Positions 12,938-24,500 of a DNA stretch of 64,000 bases are shown here, in pieces. Below the pieces are notes generated by a model. That model saw nothing but the letters and a program-made list of their open reading frames with translations, was not told the DNA's origin and ran no database searches. Position numbers and translations under genes: made by a program. Within the stretch, counting starts at the first letter, position 1. Each line of letters starts with the position of its first letter. The stretch is from NCBI GenBank assembly GCA_965178125.1, contig OZ237737.1, positions 1,302,001-1,366,000 of the forward strand, read 5' to 3'. Source of the DNA: Bilabrum cf. latius. Lineage: Eukaryota.

Positions 12938-13528
12938 ATTTTACTATCCACAGAATCTAAACGATGTGTGTGAATGCAGTCTTGCCGATCGTCTTTTGCG
13001 TCCTTTCCTGGGATCTGGCAACCAGCCGTTGACTTCTGTGTCGATTTCAGTCCAAACTGGTCGCAAACGGCTCCGAATCGAGGGTCGACACTCCAATCCA
13101 ATGATACCCAAATGCAAATAGAATGCCTTGTCACAACTATACAGGGGACGTAGCTCAATCTCCAGCTCTTGGTTTGATTAGTGTAAGGAGCTGCATGCGG
13201 CACCCTCGCCGTCCACCGGCAGCCAATCCGCTACGGCCCATGCCCACCTCACCGACGCGTTGTTTTGGCCACTGTCTGTCCTTCCAGCACCTCCAAGCAC
13301 CTCATAGCATTTCAGATCTCTCTGGTATACCAACTTCCCTGCCTTCTCGCAGGTGTCCACTGTCCAGTCTGCTGGCGGACTAGATAATGCAGCTCAATGA
13401 ATAGATCCAGGATTGCACCCCTCCGCACTCACTCCGCAGATCCGATCGCACCGCAAGTCAAATCACTTCGTCGCATATCCTTGTACGTAGCCAGAACAAG
13501 CACCTGAAAGCAGGAGACTGCCCAGGCC

Positions 13529-15259
13529 TCAGTGCATCCTTGATGAATGCGTTTTGAGACTGCCTGCCTGCCCGAAGCGCTTGCCGCACACGCTGCACTC
13601 GTGCTTGCGTTCCCCTAGATGCACAGTGGTCATGTGCGTCTTGAGATGGCCCGCCACCCCGAAGCGCTTGCCGCACACGCTGCACTCGTGCTTGCGCTCC
13701 CCCAGATGCACAGTGGTCATGTGCGTCTTGAGACTGCTTGCATGCCCGAAGCGCTTGCCGCACACGCTGCACTCGTGCTTGCGCTCCCCCAGATGCACAG
13801 TGGTCATGTGCTTCTTGAGACTGCTTGCATGCCCGAAGCGCTTGCCGCACACGCCGCACTCGTGCTTGCGCTCCCCCAGATGCACAGTGGTCATGTGCTT
13901 CTTGAGACTGCTTGCCACCCCGAAGCGTCTGCCGCACACGCCGCACTCGTGCTTGCGCTCCCCCAGATGCACAGTGGTCATGTGCGTCTTGAGACTGCTT
14001 GCCTGCCCGAAGCGCTTGCCGCACACGCTGCACTCGTGCTTGCGCTCCCCCAGATGCACAGTGGTCATGTGCGTCTTGAGATGGCCCGCCACCCCGAAGC
14101 GTCTGCCGCACACGCTGCACTCGTGCTTGCGCTCCCCCAGATGCACAGTGGTCATGTGCGTCTTGAGACTGCCTGCCTGCCCGAAGCGCTTGCCGCACAC
14201 GCCGCACTCGTGCTTGCGCTCCCCCAGATGCACAGTGGTCATGTGCGTCTTGAGACTGCTTGCCTGCCCGAAGCGCTTGCCGCACACGCTGCACTCGTGC
14301 TTGCGCTCCCCCAGATGCACAGTGGTCATGTGCTTCTTGAGATTGCCTGCCACCCCGAAGCGCTTGCCGCACACGCCGCACTCGTGCTTGCGCTCCCCCA
14401 GATGCACAGTAGTCATGTGCTTCTTGAGATTGCCTGCCTGCCCGAAGCGCTTGCCGCACACGCTGCACTCGTGCTTGCGCTCCCCCAGATGCACAGTGGT
14501 CATGTGCGTCTTGAGACTGCCTGCCTCCCCGAAGCGTCTGCCGCACACGCTGCACTCGTGCTTGCGCTCCCCCAGATGCACAGTGGTCATGTGCGTCTTG
14601 AGACTGCTTGCCCGCCCGAAGCGCTTGCCGCACACGCTGCACTCGTGCTTGCGCTCCCCCAGATGCACAGTGGTCATGTGCGTCTTGAGATGGCCTGCCA
14701 CCCCGAAGCGCTTGCCGCACACGCCGCACTCGTGCTTGCGCTCCCCCAGATGCACAGTGGTCATGTGCGTCTTGAGACTGCCTGCCTGCCCGAAGCGCTT
14801 GCCGCACACGCCGCACTCGTGCTTGCGCTCCCCCAGATGCACAGTGGCACGTGTGTGTGTACCTGTGTCTGCCCGTCGCCTCTTTGCGCCTGCACCACCC
14901 GAGGAGCTCTTCGATGGTGCAGATGCTTCGTCCTTGCTTCTGCAGCGCTTTCGACCTCGGAGGGCAGATCCAGAATTGCTTGCTCCCTCTGCCGTCTGCA
15001 ACAGGTTTCCAGGTGATCCTACGAAACGGCCCGGGCTGCTACCGGCTGCCTCAGGTCCCAATATACTCGACTCGGGAATGGACTGCCTTATTGCCTGCCT
15101 ACGGCTGCCGCTGGCACGCGTGTTGCGCTGAGAAAATGCTGGTTCCATAGCGCTCCGTGAGTGTGCGTTCAAGGTGCTGTCGCTGTCACTGTCACTGCAG
15201 CTAGATTCACCCGCTAAATCGATCACTGCCGATGGGCACTACTTCGCCATCCTGGCCAT
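13529..15259 (-). CDS. C2H2 zinc-finger array protein with 15 fingers
   Basis: 15 units of LGERKHEC[G/S]VCG[K/R]RFGxAxxLKxHMTTVH. The first ATGs (15259 or 15250) are in frame only through a TAG at 15239-15241; ends TGA. Basic NLS-like segments (RGRKRCR, AKRRR). Confidence 0.9.
13553..14848. repeat. 87-bp coding minisatellite, about 15 copies
   Basis: Near-identical units such as gcactcgtgcttgcgctcccccagatgcacagtggtcatgtgc; one unit equals 29 codons. Confidence 0.95.
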
Positions 15260-15575
15260 CAACTTAAAATTGCTCGAGTTTCCACTTATAGCCAGCCTAT
15301 TATAGGAATTATGTTGGACCAAGGCAGACTCAGGAGATTTGACTGCAAGCTTTTCAATTCCCCCTATCGTCTCAGATCTTTTTCGTCCCCGTGATCTATG
15401 CTTCTGCAGACGAGGCAAATTTAGGTGACCCGTTCGATAGGAGAAATGAATCTAGACTAGTCTATGCTCTTCGGGCAAGGTTGCGCGACCGTGGGGTCCA
15501 CCCTTCCATGTGTGACGAGTGACAGCACGAAAGAACAGCGAACTGCAACTCGGTCAGATTGCGAGCCCAGTTGAG

Positions 15576-16682
15576 ATGGCATCTTCCGCTGGAGATGTAG
15601 ATCGCACAGTATATGTATCTGGGGTTCCGTACGAGGCAATCGAAGACGATATTGTGGGTTTTTTCGAAGAGTGCGGGGAGCCCGAATCTGTCAGAATGCC
15701 GCGATACCAGGATTCAGGACGTTGCCTTGGCTATGCGCACGTGACGTTTAAGGACACGGATGCTTTGCAAGCAGCACTAAAGTTGAGCGGGCAGAACCTT
15801 ATGGGGCGATACCTGGACGTGAAACAAAGCAAAGCGAGAGGGGCCGGAGCAAGGCGGGGTCCCACTGAGCAGCCCGCCGGCTGCAAGCGGTTGTTCGTGA
15901 AGAATTTGCCGTACCAAACGGACGAAAGAGCAGTCAATGAGGTATTTCGCAAGTACGGGCCCGTGAAGAACGTCCGGCTGTCGCGCTGGCACCACACCGG
16001 GCTTCTAAAGGGATTCGGGTACGTCGACTACGGCACGGTAGAGGCGGCAGGAGCGGCGATGAAGGCCTCCACAGAAGGCGCTGGACTGCTAGTCAGCGGC
16101 CGACCGGTTCGCCTGGACTGGGAGACCGCCGCACCGAGCATGAGTTTCAGAACGGCGGAGGGCCGCCTCTTCCACAAGGTCGCCAAGGAGGTGGGCTTGG
16201 ATGGACCCACCTCGAGGCTGGAGGGAGGCGTGAGGCAGAGGGACGTGGGTACCGAGCGAGACAAGCGCGGCCAGCGCGGGTCATCATCGTCGTCCAGGGG
16301 GGCGCCGTCGGTGCCACGTGCCCCATCGTCCTCGGCCTCCTCCTCCTCCTCCTAGTCGAGCAGCGCCGCAGCACCAGCAGCAGCCAGGGCGGGCGACGCA
16401 TCGGAGCGCGCGGATTCGAGCGCTGCGGCTGGGGAGGGTACAGGCACTGGCAAACGGAAGCGGAGGCGCGGCACGCGCGGAAGCAGCGGGAAGAAGGACG
16501 GCGACGGTGCGGGTGCGGGTGCAGGTGCAGCTGGCGATCAGAGGGATGGAGGTGATGGCGACGGGCCGGCAAGCAAGAAGAGACGGACAGATGGAGGGGA
16601 GAAGAAATCCAAGAAGGGCAAGAAGGAGAAAAAGAGCAAGAAAGAGAAGAAGAGCAAAAAGGACAAGAAGAGCAAGACCTGA
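15576..16682 (+). CDS. Two-RRM RNA-binding protein with Lys-rich tail, probably nucleolar
   Basis: RNP motifs VYVSGVP/LGYAHVTF and LFVKNLP/KGFGYVDY. Reading through TAG 16353 gives the tail KKSKKGKKEKKSKKEKKSKKDKKSKT then TGA. Confidence 0.85.
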
Positions 16683-16840
16683 TCCGGCTCGCTCGGAGCT
16701 GGACTGAACCAGAAACAAACTTTGACTTCACACGAGATGTCTGTTCATTCCAATGATAGCCGGTGGTGCTTCAGCGGGCCCCCTCTTTTGAAAGCCGCTG
16801 CAGTCGGCAGCAGGCAATCCTCGTTGCACGCAGCAGGCAG

Positions 16841-18452
16841 TCATTGCCGAGCGTCGCCAGCACCCGCCGATGCCTTGCCCCCCGCTGCCGATGGCAGCCA
16901 GTCCACGGGTGTTTCCAGCACTTTAAGGAGCTTTGCCTCGGGACTGCCTGCCTCCGGCTTGTGCATGTACTCCCACCTCGCGGTCAGCGGCATAGACATG
17001 AGGATGGATTCCACTCGGCTGCCCGGCGTGTGCAGGCCGAACTTGGTGCCCCTGTCGTGCACGAGGTTGAACTCGACATAGCGTCCGCGCCTCAGCTGCT
17101 GCCATTCCTTCTCCTCCTCCGTGAAATCCTCCTCCTTGCGCAAATCCACGATGGGAGCGTAAGAATCCACGAAGGCCTCCGCGCAGCTCCTCACGAACGG
17201 GAAACCGTCGGCCATCGCGCTGCTGCCCGCCTCGGGCGCTCCCTCGCCAGCCGTCGGTGCCATGCCGCTTCCGCTGTCTCCCTTCGCAGCAGCACCCGCC
17301 CCAGCCTTGCCCCCATCCACCCTTTCCGCCCCCGCCCAGTCCACGCTCCCGTCCGGCTGGATGGGCGCTCTGCCCTCCGCGAAATCGTCAAAGAAGATCC
17401 CGCCAATCCCCCTGGCCTCGTTCCGGTGCGTGTTGCGGAAATACTAGTCACACCACTTCTTGAAGGCGGGGTAGAGCTGCTCGCCGTGCTGCTCGCAGGC
17501 CGACTGCACGGTCCTGTGGAAGTGCACCGCGTCAGCCTCGAACAGGTAGGCGGGGGTGAGGTCCTGGCCGCCACCGTACCACCACCTGAGGTACTGCTGC
17601 CCCGTTGCGGGGTCGGTCTCCAGCACCTGGAACATACGGTAGTTGGCGTGTGCCGTGGGTGCCTTCGGGTTCCTAGGATGGATGACGAGGCTGACCCCGC
17701 AGGCGTAGAAGGGTACCTTGGGAAGGGGCTGGCCGGGCTTTGGCGCGGCAGGCATGGGCAAGTTCTTCCCGCGGGAGTTCATCATGCGTACCGCTGCTGG
17801 CGGCAGGTGCCCGTGGACGATGGAGACGCCCACGCCCGCCTTCTCGAAGACCTTGCCGTCCTGGAGGACGCGGCTGCGGCCGCCGCCGCCCTCCTTGCGG
17901 GACCAGGTGTCTTCGCGAAACTTGCCGACGCCGTCGACGCGCTCCATGGCCGCGCAAATTTGGTCCTGCACGCGCATTGTGAGCTCTTCCATTTGTTCCA
18001 TTCGCTTGTTGCGCGGGATCCCACTGGAGGCCGGGCCTCGTGCCCACTTCGGAAGTGCGTCGGACGAGAAGGCATCCCCGATCGCAGTGGCGGATGCTGC
18101 TGTTGGAGATGTCGCCCTTGCTCCCTCTGCCTGCGCGATAGGTCTAGCACCGGCTTGGCAGGGCGTGTTCGCGCGGATGACAAGGATGTGACAGGGCGGA
18201 GATCTCTGAGCTACACACAAGTATCAGTCGGTCGATACTAAGACTTTGCAAGGAGCGCATGCATTAACACGGCTTATTGTAACACCGCACCCGGCAGGCC
18301 AATCTCACCGTGGATTCGCGGGATTCATCGTGACATGCCGATGATGCGAGCCCCACACCGCCGGCGGCTAGCAGTGCCATTACCGGAGCACGCCCCGCAA
18401 ACTGACGTGCCGCAGTAGACAGAGGGGCCCACAATTTCCTAAAGCTTGACAT
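16841..18452 (-). CDS. CPOX: Oxygen-dependent coproporphyrinogen III oxidase
   Basis: [66 protein letters not shown] (TAG 17444), [23 protein letters not shown]; ends TGA. Putative exon 1 18309-18452 resembles a targeting presequence. Confidence 0.93.
18131..18308 (-). other. Probable intron of CPOX
   Basis: GTGAG donor after codon 48 and a phase-0 GCAG acceptor; acceptor choice is uncertain. Confidence 0.5.
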
Positions 18453-18557
18453 TCTGTTGTCGCAATTCGCTGACGCACGCACAACTCGTGACGGGCCGAA
18501 AACTTGGCAGCAACCGCCGCGAACCTTCGTTTCTCCGCCCTCTGGTTCCTCGCCAAC

Positions 18558-21500
18558 TCACTTCGAGGGCATGGCCACGACAAGAGCACCAGCCGCCTCC
18601 GTTGGCTCGCCCCCACCGATCCCACCCTCCACCCCGATCCAAGTTGCACCCGCATCGAGGCTTACCGCGAGCGGGCACTTGCTCTTCGGTGCCACGGCCC
18701 CAGCAGACATGCCCACGCACGTCGCCGGACCATGCCGCGCCGCCACCACGATCGGCTGCTCTTGCCCGCCGCTGCCGATTGGAACCACGGTGAGGCCTTT
18801 GGATTCCTTGTCGCCCGGCAGGCGGAACCCCACTCGCAGCCCCGCGCCTGCACCTGCATCTGCGTCGATGAGAGACAGGGTCTCTGGCTGTAGCACCAGT
18901 GCGGGTGCGATACCCTCCTGTTCCCCCTCTTTATCGCCTCCTTGGGCACCTGCGACAGCCGGTGCAATGGCGGACGGGCTGCTCCCTGGTCCCAGCAGCG
19001 CAATGAGCACGAGCGAACCCACATCCCCATCCCGATCCTCAGCCTTTGCCTCGCCCTCAGCCTCGCCGTCGCCTCTGGGACCACCCAGTGCGGCCAAGAT
19101 GTCGGCAGGGGCCATCTGGAAAGCACTAGCGATGCCCTTGACCGTAAACATGATCTGTTCTCCCCACTTTGCTTTCTTTGGGGCAGCCAGGTCGGCCAGG
19201 CTGAGCTCTCCGGGCCTGTACACCACAGCTGCACCACCATTGCCGCTGCCGCCGCCGCTGGAAGTGCTGCTGCTCGTCCCGCCGATCAAATCGAACGTGG
19301 CGCCCCCGTCGATCGAGTATTCCAGGACCAGAGAGGCCGGTGCAGCTGCCTTGCTCTCTTCTTCCGCGCCAGCTGCGCCGGCCGCTGCCTCACCGGCACC
19401 CTCACCCTCCTGCCCAGCCTGCGCACCGGTCTGCCCAGCCACAGCGGCAGCCAGAGAGGGTAGCGCCAGCACGGCGGTTCCATCCGGCCCAACGTCAAGG
19501 ACCTGCAGAGCGACTTGTTCCATGGGTGCATCGCCTTGCTGCACAGACGCCTTGACAAGCAGGCCCGCGGCATCTGCCAGTCCCACCTGCTGCATCACGC
19601 TCGCGGGGGGCACCCACAGCCCGCGTGCAGGAGCATCCTCCGCATCCGGGATCTGTGCGTCCTCCCCCGCGCCTGCACCGCTTGCGGCAGCCTCCTCTGG
19701 CTGCTACCCCTCCTCGACTGCTGCCGCACCTTTCCCCTCGTCGGCTGGTCCGGCGGCGTCCTCGGGGCCGGCAGGGGCCCTCCCAGCAGACTGCTCGTCG
19801 CCTACCCCCCCACCAAGGAGCTTGGCAGTGCTGACTTGCAAGCGCACCACAGCCACGCCATCGGAAGGCGATACTGGCAGGAGCGCGGGCCACGCGCCTC
19901 CCACGGTGCCCGGTCGCAGCAGCAGCACCGGCCCGCCTGCCGCCGCAAACGTTGCGCCGCCGTCGAAGGACACCTCGACAAGCGCCAGGCGGTACCCCGG
20001 CTCCCCATCGGACACCAGACTCGCCTGGCCAGACCGGCCAGGCACACCGGCCAGGAGACCCAAGCCATCAGCGACATCTCGGGCTGGGAATGACGCGGCC
20101 ACCTCGCTGCTGCCCCGAATCTGCGCCTGGCCCGCGACAGTGTCACCGGCACCGCCATCACCATGTACGCGGATTCTAGCGCGGCAGTCGCAGGGAACAA
20201 GCCCCTGCCCTTCGATGGAGATACCGATGACTGACTCACCACCGGCTGTGGCAGGCAGCAGCTTCACAGGCTCTGTGGGTGCTCCGAGCGATGGGGCTGC
20301 CAGCCGCTGCGGGCACCTAACGGGAACCCACGAGGCACCCTGGTCCATGGACAGCTCCACCACCATCCAGGCACCCTGCGGGGCACCGGCGGCAACAGAG
20401 CCGGCTGGACCTCTGCCCATCTCTGCAGCACGCCTCACTGCCTCCTGTACAGCCACCCTGTCCCTCTCCTCCCGCATCAAGGGGGCCTCAACCCACGCCT
20501 CCAGCCAGCCGCCTAGCTCTTGCGCGAACTCTTCTCGCGGCAGCCGCAGCCGAGATTCCTCTCCTGCAGCCGTGCTGAAGCCCACCGCCGCGCCCGAGGC
20601 GACCAGCTGGCTCTCGTTAAAGTCTGTCTGGGGCCTGGGCTTCCTGGTCTCGGCCTCTGCCATCTCCTCAGCGAGCACGAACGGCGCCAGGCCCTCCGTG
20701 CACAGGGGCGTGGGGGCGTCGGGGTCACCGGCCGGATCCGATTCCTCCCTAAAGCGCGCCCCGAATCGCCCGCGCACAGAGGGTAGGACCTCGACGGTCT
20801 ACCACGCCCACGGCCGGTGCGGCACTCCTGCCGCGTGGCGATCCACGGCCTCCCCCGGGGCCCTAGCTGCGGCTGCTCGCACGACCCTCACCCTCGCAAG
20901 CACGCGGTGGTACCTCGGCAGCAGGTCGCCGGCCGAGCGCAGAGCAGCCAGGGACACCGTCTCTTCGGTGCCCGGCACCGGCGGGCTGCTGCTCCTGCCT
21001 GCCTCCCCTTCTGCATCACCGTCCTCGATGGGCGGGAACAGCATCATCCGGCCGAGATGCCTGTCCGGGCTCGTGGGCGACGAGGGAAGCTCGAGCGCAG
21101 GAGATGGTGGCCGCCCCATCGCGGCCTGCACCTGCCCGATGGGAGATATGGGCCTGGAAGGGCCTGCCGAGGGCAGTGCTGGCGCATTGCTGCCACCAAT
21201 CTCAGTGCTGCCGCTGCCAGAGGCCGACCTGTCACCGCTCTGATCCTGGCCTGCTTCCAGCCGCGCCAGGGCTCCCGCAGTGAGGGTGCCGAGGACGGGC
21301 TGCGAGCCGTCTCCAAGGAGTGCGGCGTTCCTGCGGCGCTCGAGGTCGGCGGCCTCCACCAGAACCTGGGACTCCATGGTGCACGCCCTGAGAGGCGGCA
21401 TGGCACCTCCGCTGCCACCGGTACCTGCCTGACTGCTGCCTGCAAAAGGCTGCTGCTGCTGCCCGCCCGCTCCGCCCGCGGGGGAGACCTGCCTCGAGTG

Positions 21501-24500
21501 GATGGCACCTGCGACGGCACCATCCACTATGCTGCCGTCCGCGTCAACGGCAATGGCAGCAGCCTCCGCAGCCAGCGACAGCTCCTGTTCCTCGGCCCGC
21601 TCCGCCTCTGCCGCCTCCCTCGCTGCCTTGCGAGCACGCGCCACCGCAACGAGGCCCTCCGCCAGTGGAGCCGCCGCTCGATCCGCGAGCATGCACTGAA
21701 ACAGGCCCCTCCCCCACACCCGCACGAACCCCGGGGCGGGCTGCCCGCCGTAGCACTGCTGCACGGCCTCCTCATCGTGCAGCTTCACGGCTTGGCCAGC
21801 GTCGTCTCCACCGCCAGTCACCTTTTCGGCACCTGCGCCGGCACCGGCATCGCCTGGGGTACCCTCCTCGTCGCTGCCCTTGGGTGCCTCCCCCGCCAGG
21901 ATGAGCGTGTCTGGTTGCGCCCTGAGCAGGCAAGGGGTCTCGCACACGGACACATGCACCTGGCCACGTACCGCCTGCCACCGCCGCCGGCCCGCCTCGT
22001 CCGCATCGGCGCCCGCCTCGCCCGCGCCCGTCTCGCCCTCGTCTCTGACCACCACGTCCAGGGTCATCTCGCAGGGCTCGCCGGCTCCCTCGGCAGCGCC
22101 TCGTCCGTACAGATCCAGCAGAGCGTCCACGAAATCGGCACCCGCGAGACCCAGCACGGACAGCGGGCCAGACACGCCGGGGGGTCCGAAGAAGCACGAC
22201 GGCATGGGCACGCGGAGCAGCCTCGCGTCCCTGAGCCTGCCCTCCTCGTCGTCCCCCTCGTCCTCCGAGTCAGCGCTGAGCTGCCGCCCGGGCGCCCACG
22301 CAAGGTCCTGGCCTGAGCCAAGCTTCGGCTGGGATTCGCCCCTGCCAGCCGACGCCAGGCCGCGCCTGAGGGCCCGGTCAGCGAGGGGGAGATCGAACGT
22401 GACCGACTCGCCGGTGTCTAGCGCCAGCACGCGCTCCATGCGCGGCGTGACGAGCTCCAAACCGTCCTGCGGCAAGAACCACCGAGGTCCCCTGCCTGCC
22501 CTCACGCTCCACTCTCTCGCAAGACGCTGCGCCTGGGGGTGCGGCACCAGAGCGGAGGTGAGCCTTGCCCACCGTCCGTCGGAGAGGCCACCGCCCAGCT
22601 GCCCCGCCACGGCCTGCTCCTCCCTGTGCTCCAACTCCCGCAGCTGGTCCAGCATTTCCTCGTCGTCCTCTGCCTCCTCCTCGTCGGCCTCCTGCCCGAT
22701 CGCCTCCAGCTCCGGATCTGCAAGCCCCGCCCTCACGCGCTCCGCCCGCTCCATCAGCCGGCGGGCCCTTGCCCTCGACCTCCGGGACACGGAGTACGGC
22801 CCCGCGGGGAACAGATGGGCCGCAAGCTCCGGCCCGCGCGTGCCCTCGTACTCGGCATCAGCAGCAGCATCAGCAGCGGGGACGGGCGCGGGCGTGGGCG
22901 TGGGAACCCCGTCCCCGACCCTGTTCAGCGACCTAGACCTCCGCAGGCGCACGAGCACGCCGGGGATGGGCTCTCCGCCGCGTACCTCCAGCTCCCAGCT
23001 GGCAGTGCCGCGGGCCCCCTCTGGAGGCAGCGGACCGCCCTCCCTGTGGCCTGCCCCCGGGCCTCGGCCTCGGCCTCGCCGCGAGGCCACAGCCACGAGC
23101 GAGGCCAGCCCGGGGCCGAACAGAGCGAGGCGGGCGCCGCCGCTGGTGCGGAACACCCCAGGCGCCACTCCCCTCGTCATCGCTGGGGCAAAGGCAAGGG
23201 TCACCCCGCCCGCACCGCAGGCCACTCGCTCCACCACCCGAGCACTGAGCTCGGGGTGCAGCACGGGGCGCGGTGCCAGGCACACCCCTGACGTGTCCGT
23301 GGCCAGAGGGACCGAGCGACCGACCCTGGCAGCGGCGCGCACCCTCCGCTCCTGCTCCTGCCGCTGGGCCAGCGTGCCCGGGCCAGCCGTGCGGATGGCC
23401 AGGGCCTGCCCAGCCGGTGCCGTGCGCGCGCCTGGAAGAGCCAGAGCACCTAGCTGCTGGCCGCCTGCTGTGACCGCTGCCGTGCCGCGGGCCCGCCAGC
23501 CCGCCAGCCCGATCCCCTCACCGCCATGTGATTGATTCCCGCCGGCCGCTGTGTCGATCCCTTCGATGAATGGCGACGATCGATCGAGGGGCGGCGCGAT
23601 ACCCTCGCTGCTCGGAACGCCGACGCCGGCGCGGGAGGACTCGGCGGAGACGCCGCCGCCGGACCGCCTCTCTTTCTCGCGGGACAGCCGCCGGGACACC
23701 TCGCGCTGGGTGCCTCTTGCTTCCCGAATGGACGGCGTCTCGCCCACCATGGATGCCGCGCCGCTGGCGCTGGCACCACCGCGGGCCTCTGGCGCTTCCT
23801 CCTCGCGGAAGATCGCACCGCGCAGCTGCCGCACCGGCTTCGTCCTCAGATCCTCGAAGGCAGGCCGCGAGGTGCCCTGCCCGAGCGCGTGCAGCCCGGG
23901 CGCACCCGTCGCCGTGGCGGCGTATCCGCCCACCGCACCCCGAGTCTGCCCCGGACGCAAAGCTTCCAGCCGGGGTGCAGTCGCGAGGCCCTCCACCAGG
24001 GCCCCTCCCATGCTCGTGCTCGCGTTCACGTGGCCGTCGGGACCTAGCGCCGTCATGCTACCGTCGCTTGCCCTCGCCCGCACCACGCCGTCCTCGCCCT
24101 CCTTCTCCTCGGCAGCGGCGCCCACAGCCCGCTCATGCCTGCCCATGGCGCCCACGGCGCGCCCCTTCCGTCCGAAAGCGTGCTGACCCCGAGCCACTGC
24201 CGCTTCCCTGTCCCTGAACCTGCGGAAGGGTGACACAGCCACCAGGGGTGCTTGCATCCCGCGGCGCATGGCCGCGGCGGTCGACCGTATCCGCAGCCCG
24301 TTGCCTGAGGCACCAATGGTGAGGGCGGCAACGGTGGCCGTGCGGCCGTTCCCAGCAGGCACGGCTGCCCTGGCCTCTCGGCTGCGCTGCGCCAGCCTAG
24401 ACTGCACGGCACGCTCCGACTGCCGCAGGGATGACCCTGCCAGAGCAAGCGCGCCCGCGGATGAGGGCGGCAGTCGGGGCACATTGGCCGGGTGAGCCTC

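Noticed and set aside
12938-13528. Possible ncRNA or suppressor tRNA-Gln(CUA) in the longer intergenic gaps (also 15260-15575, 39883-40300 and 60915-61350)
   Set aside because: No cloverleaf, A/B boxes or snRNA motifs recognised by eye; a tRNAscan-SE or Infernal run would be needed to exclude one.
13553-14848. CRISPR array
   Set aside because: Contiguous 87-bp units with no unique spacers, encoding C2H2 fingers; no cas genes.
13458-15131. Overlapping long ORFs 13554-15131(+), 13619-15016(+) and 13458-14816(-)
   Set aside because: Shadow frames of a stop-free repeat whose unit length is a multiple of three.
18457-21243. 928-aa plus-strand ORF, and similar ones such as 21880-23535(+), 16763-18241(+), 46572-47759(+) and 62063-63952(-)
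   Set aside because: Antisense shadows of GC-rich genes with no recognisable motifs.
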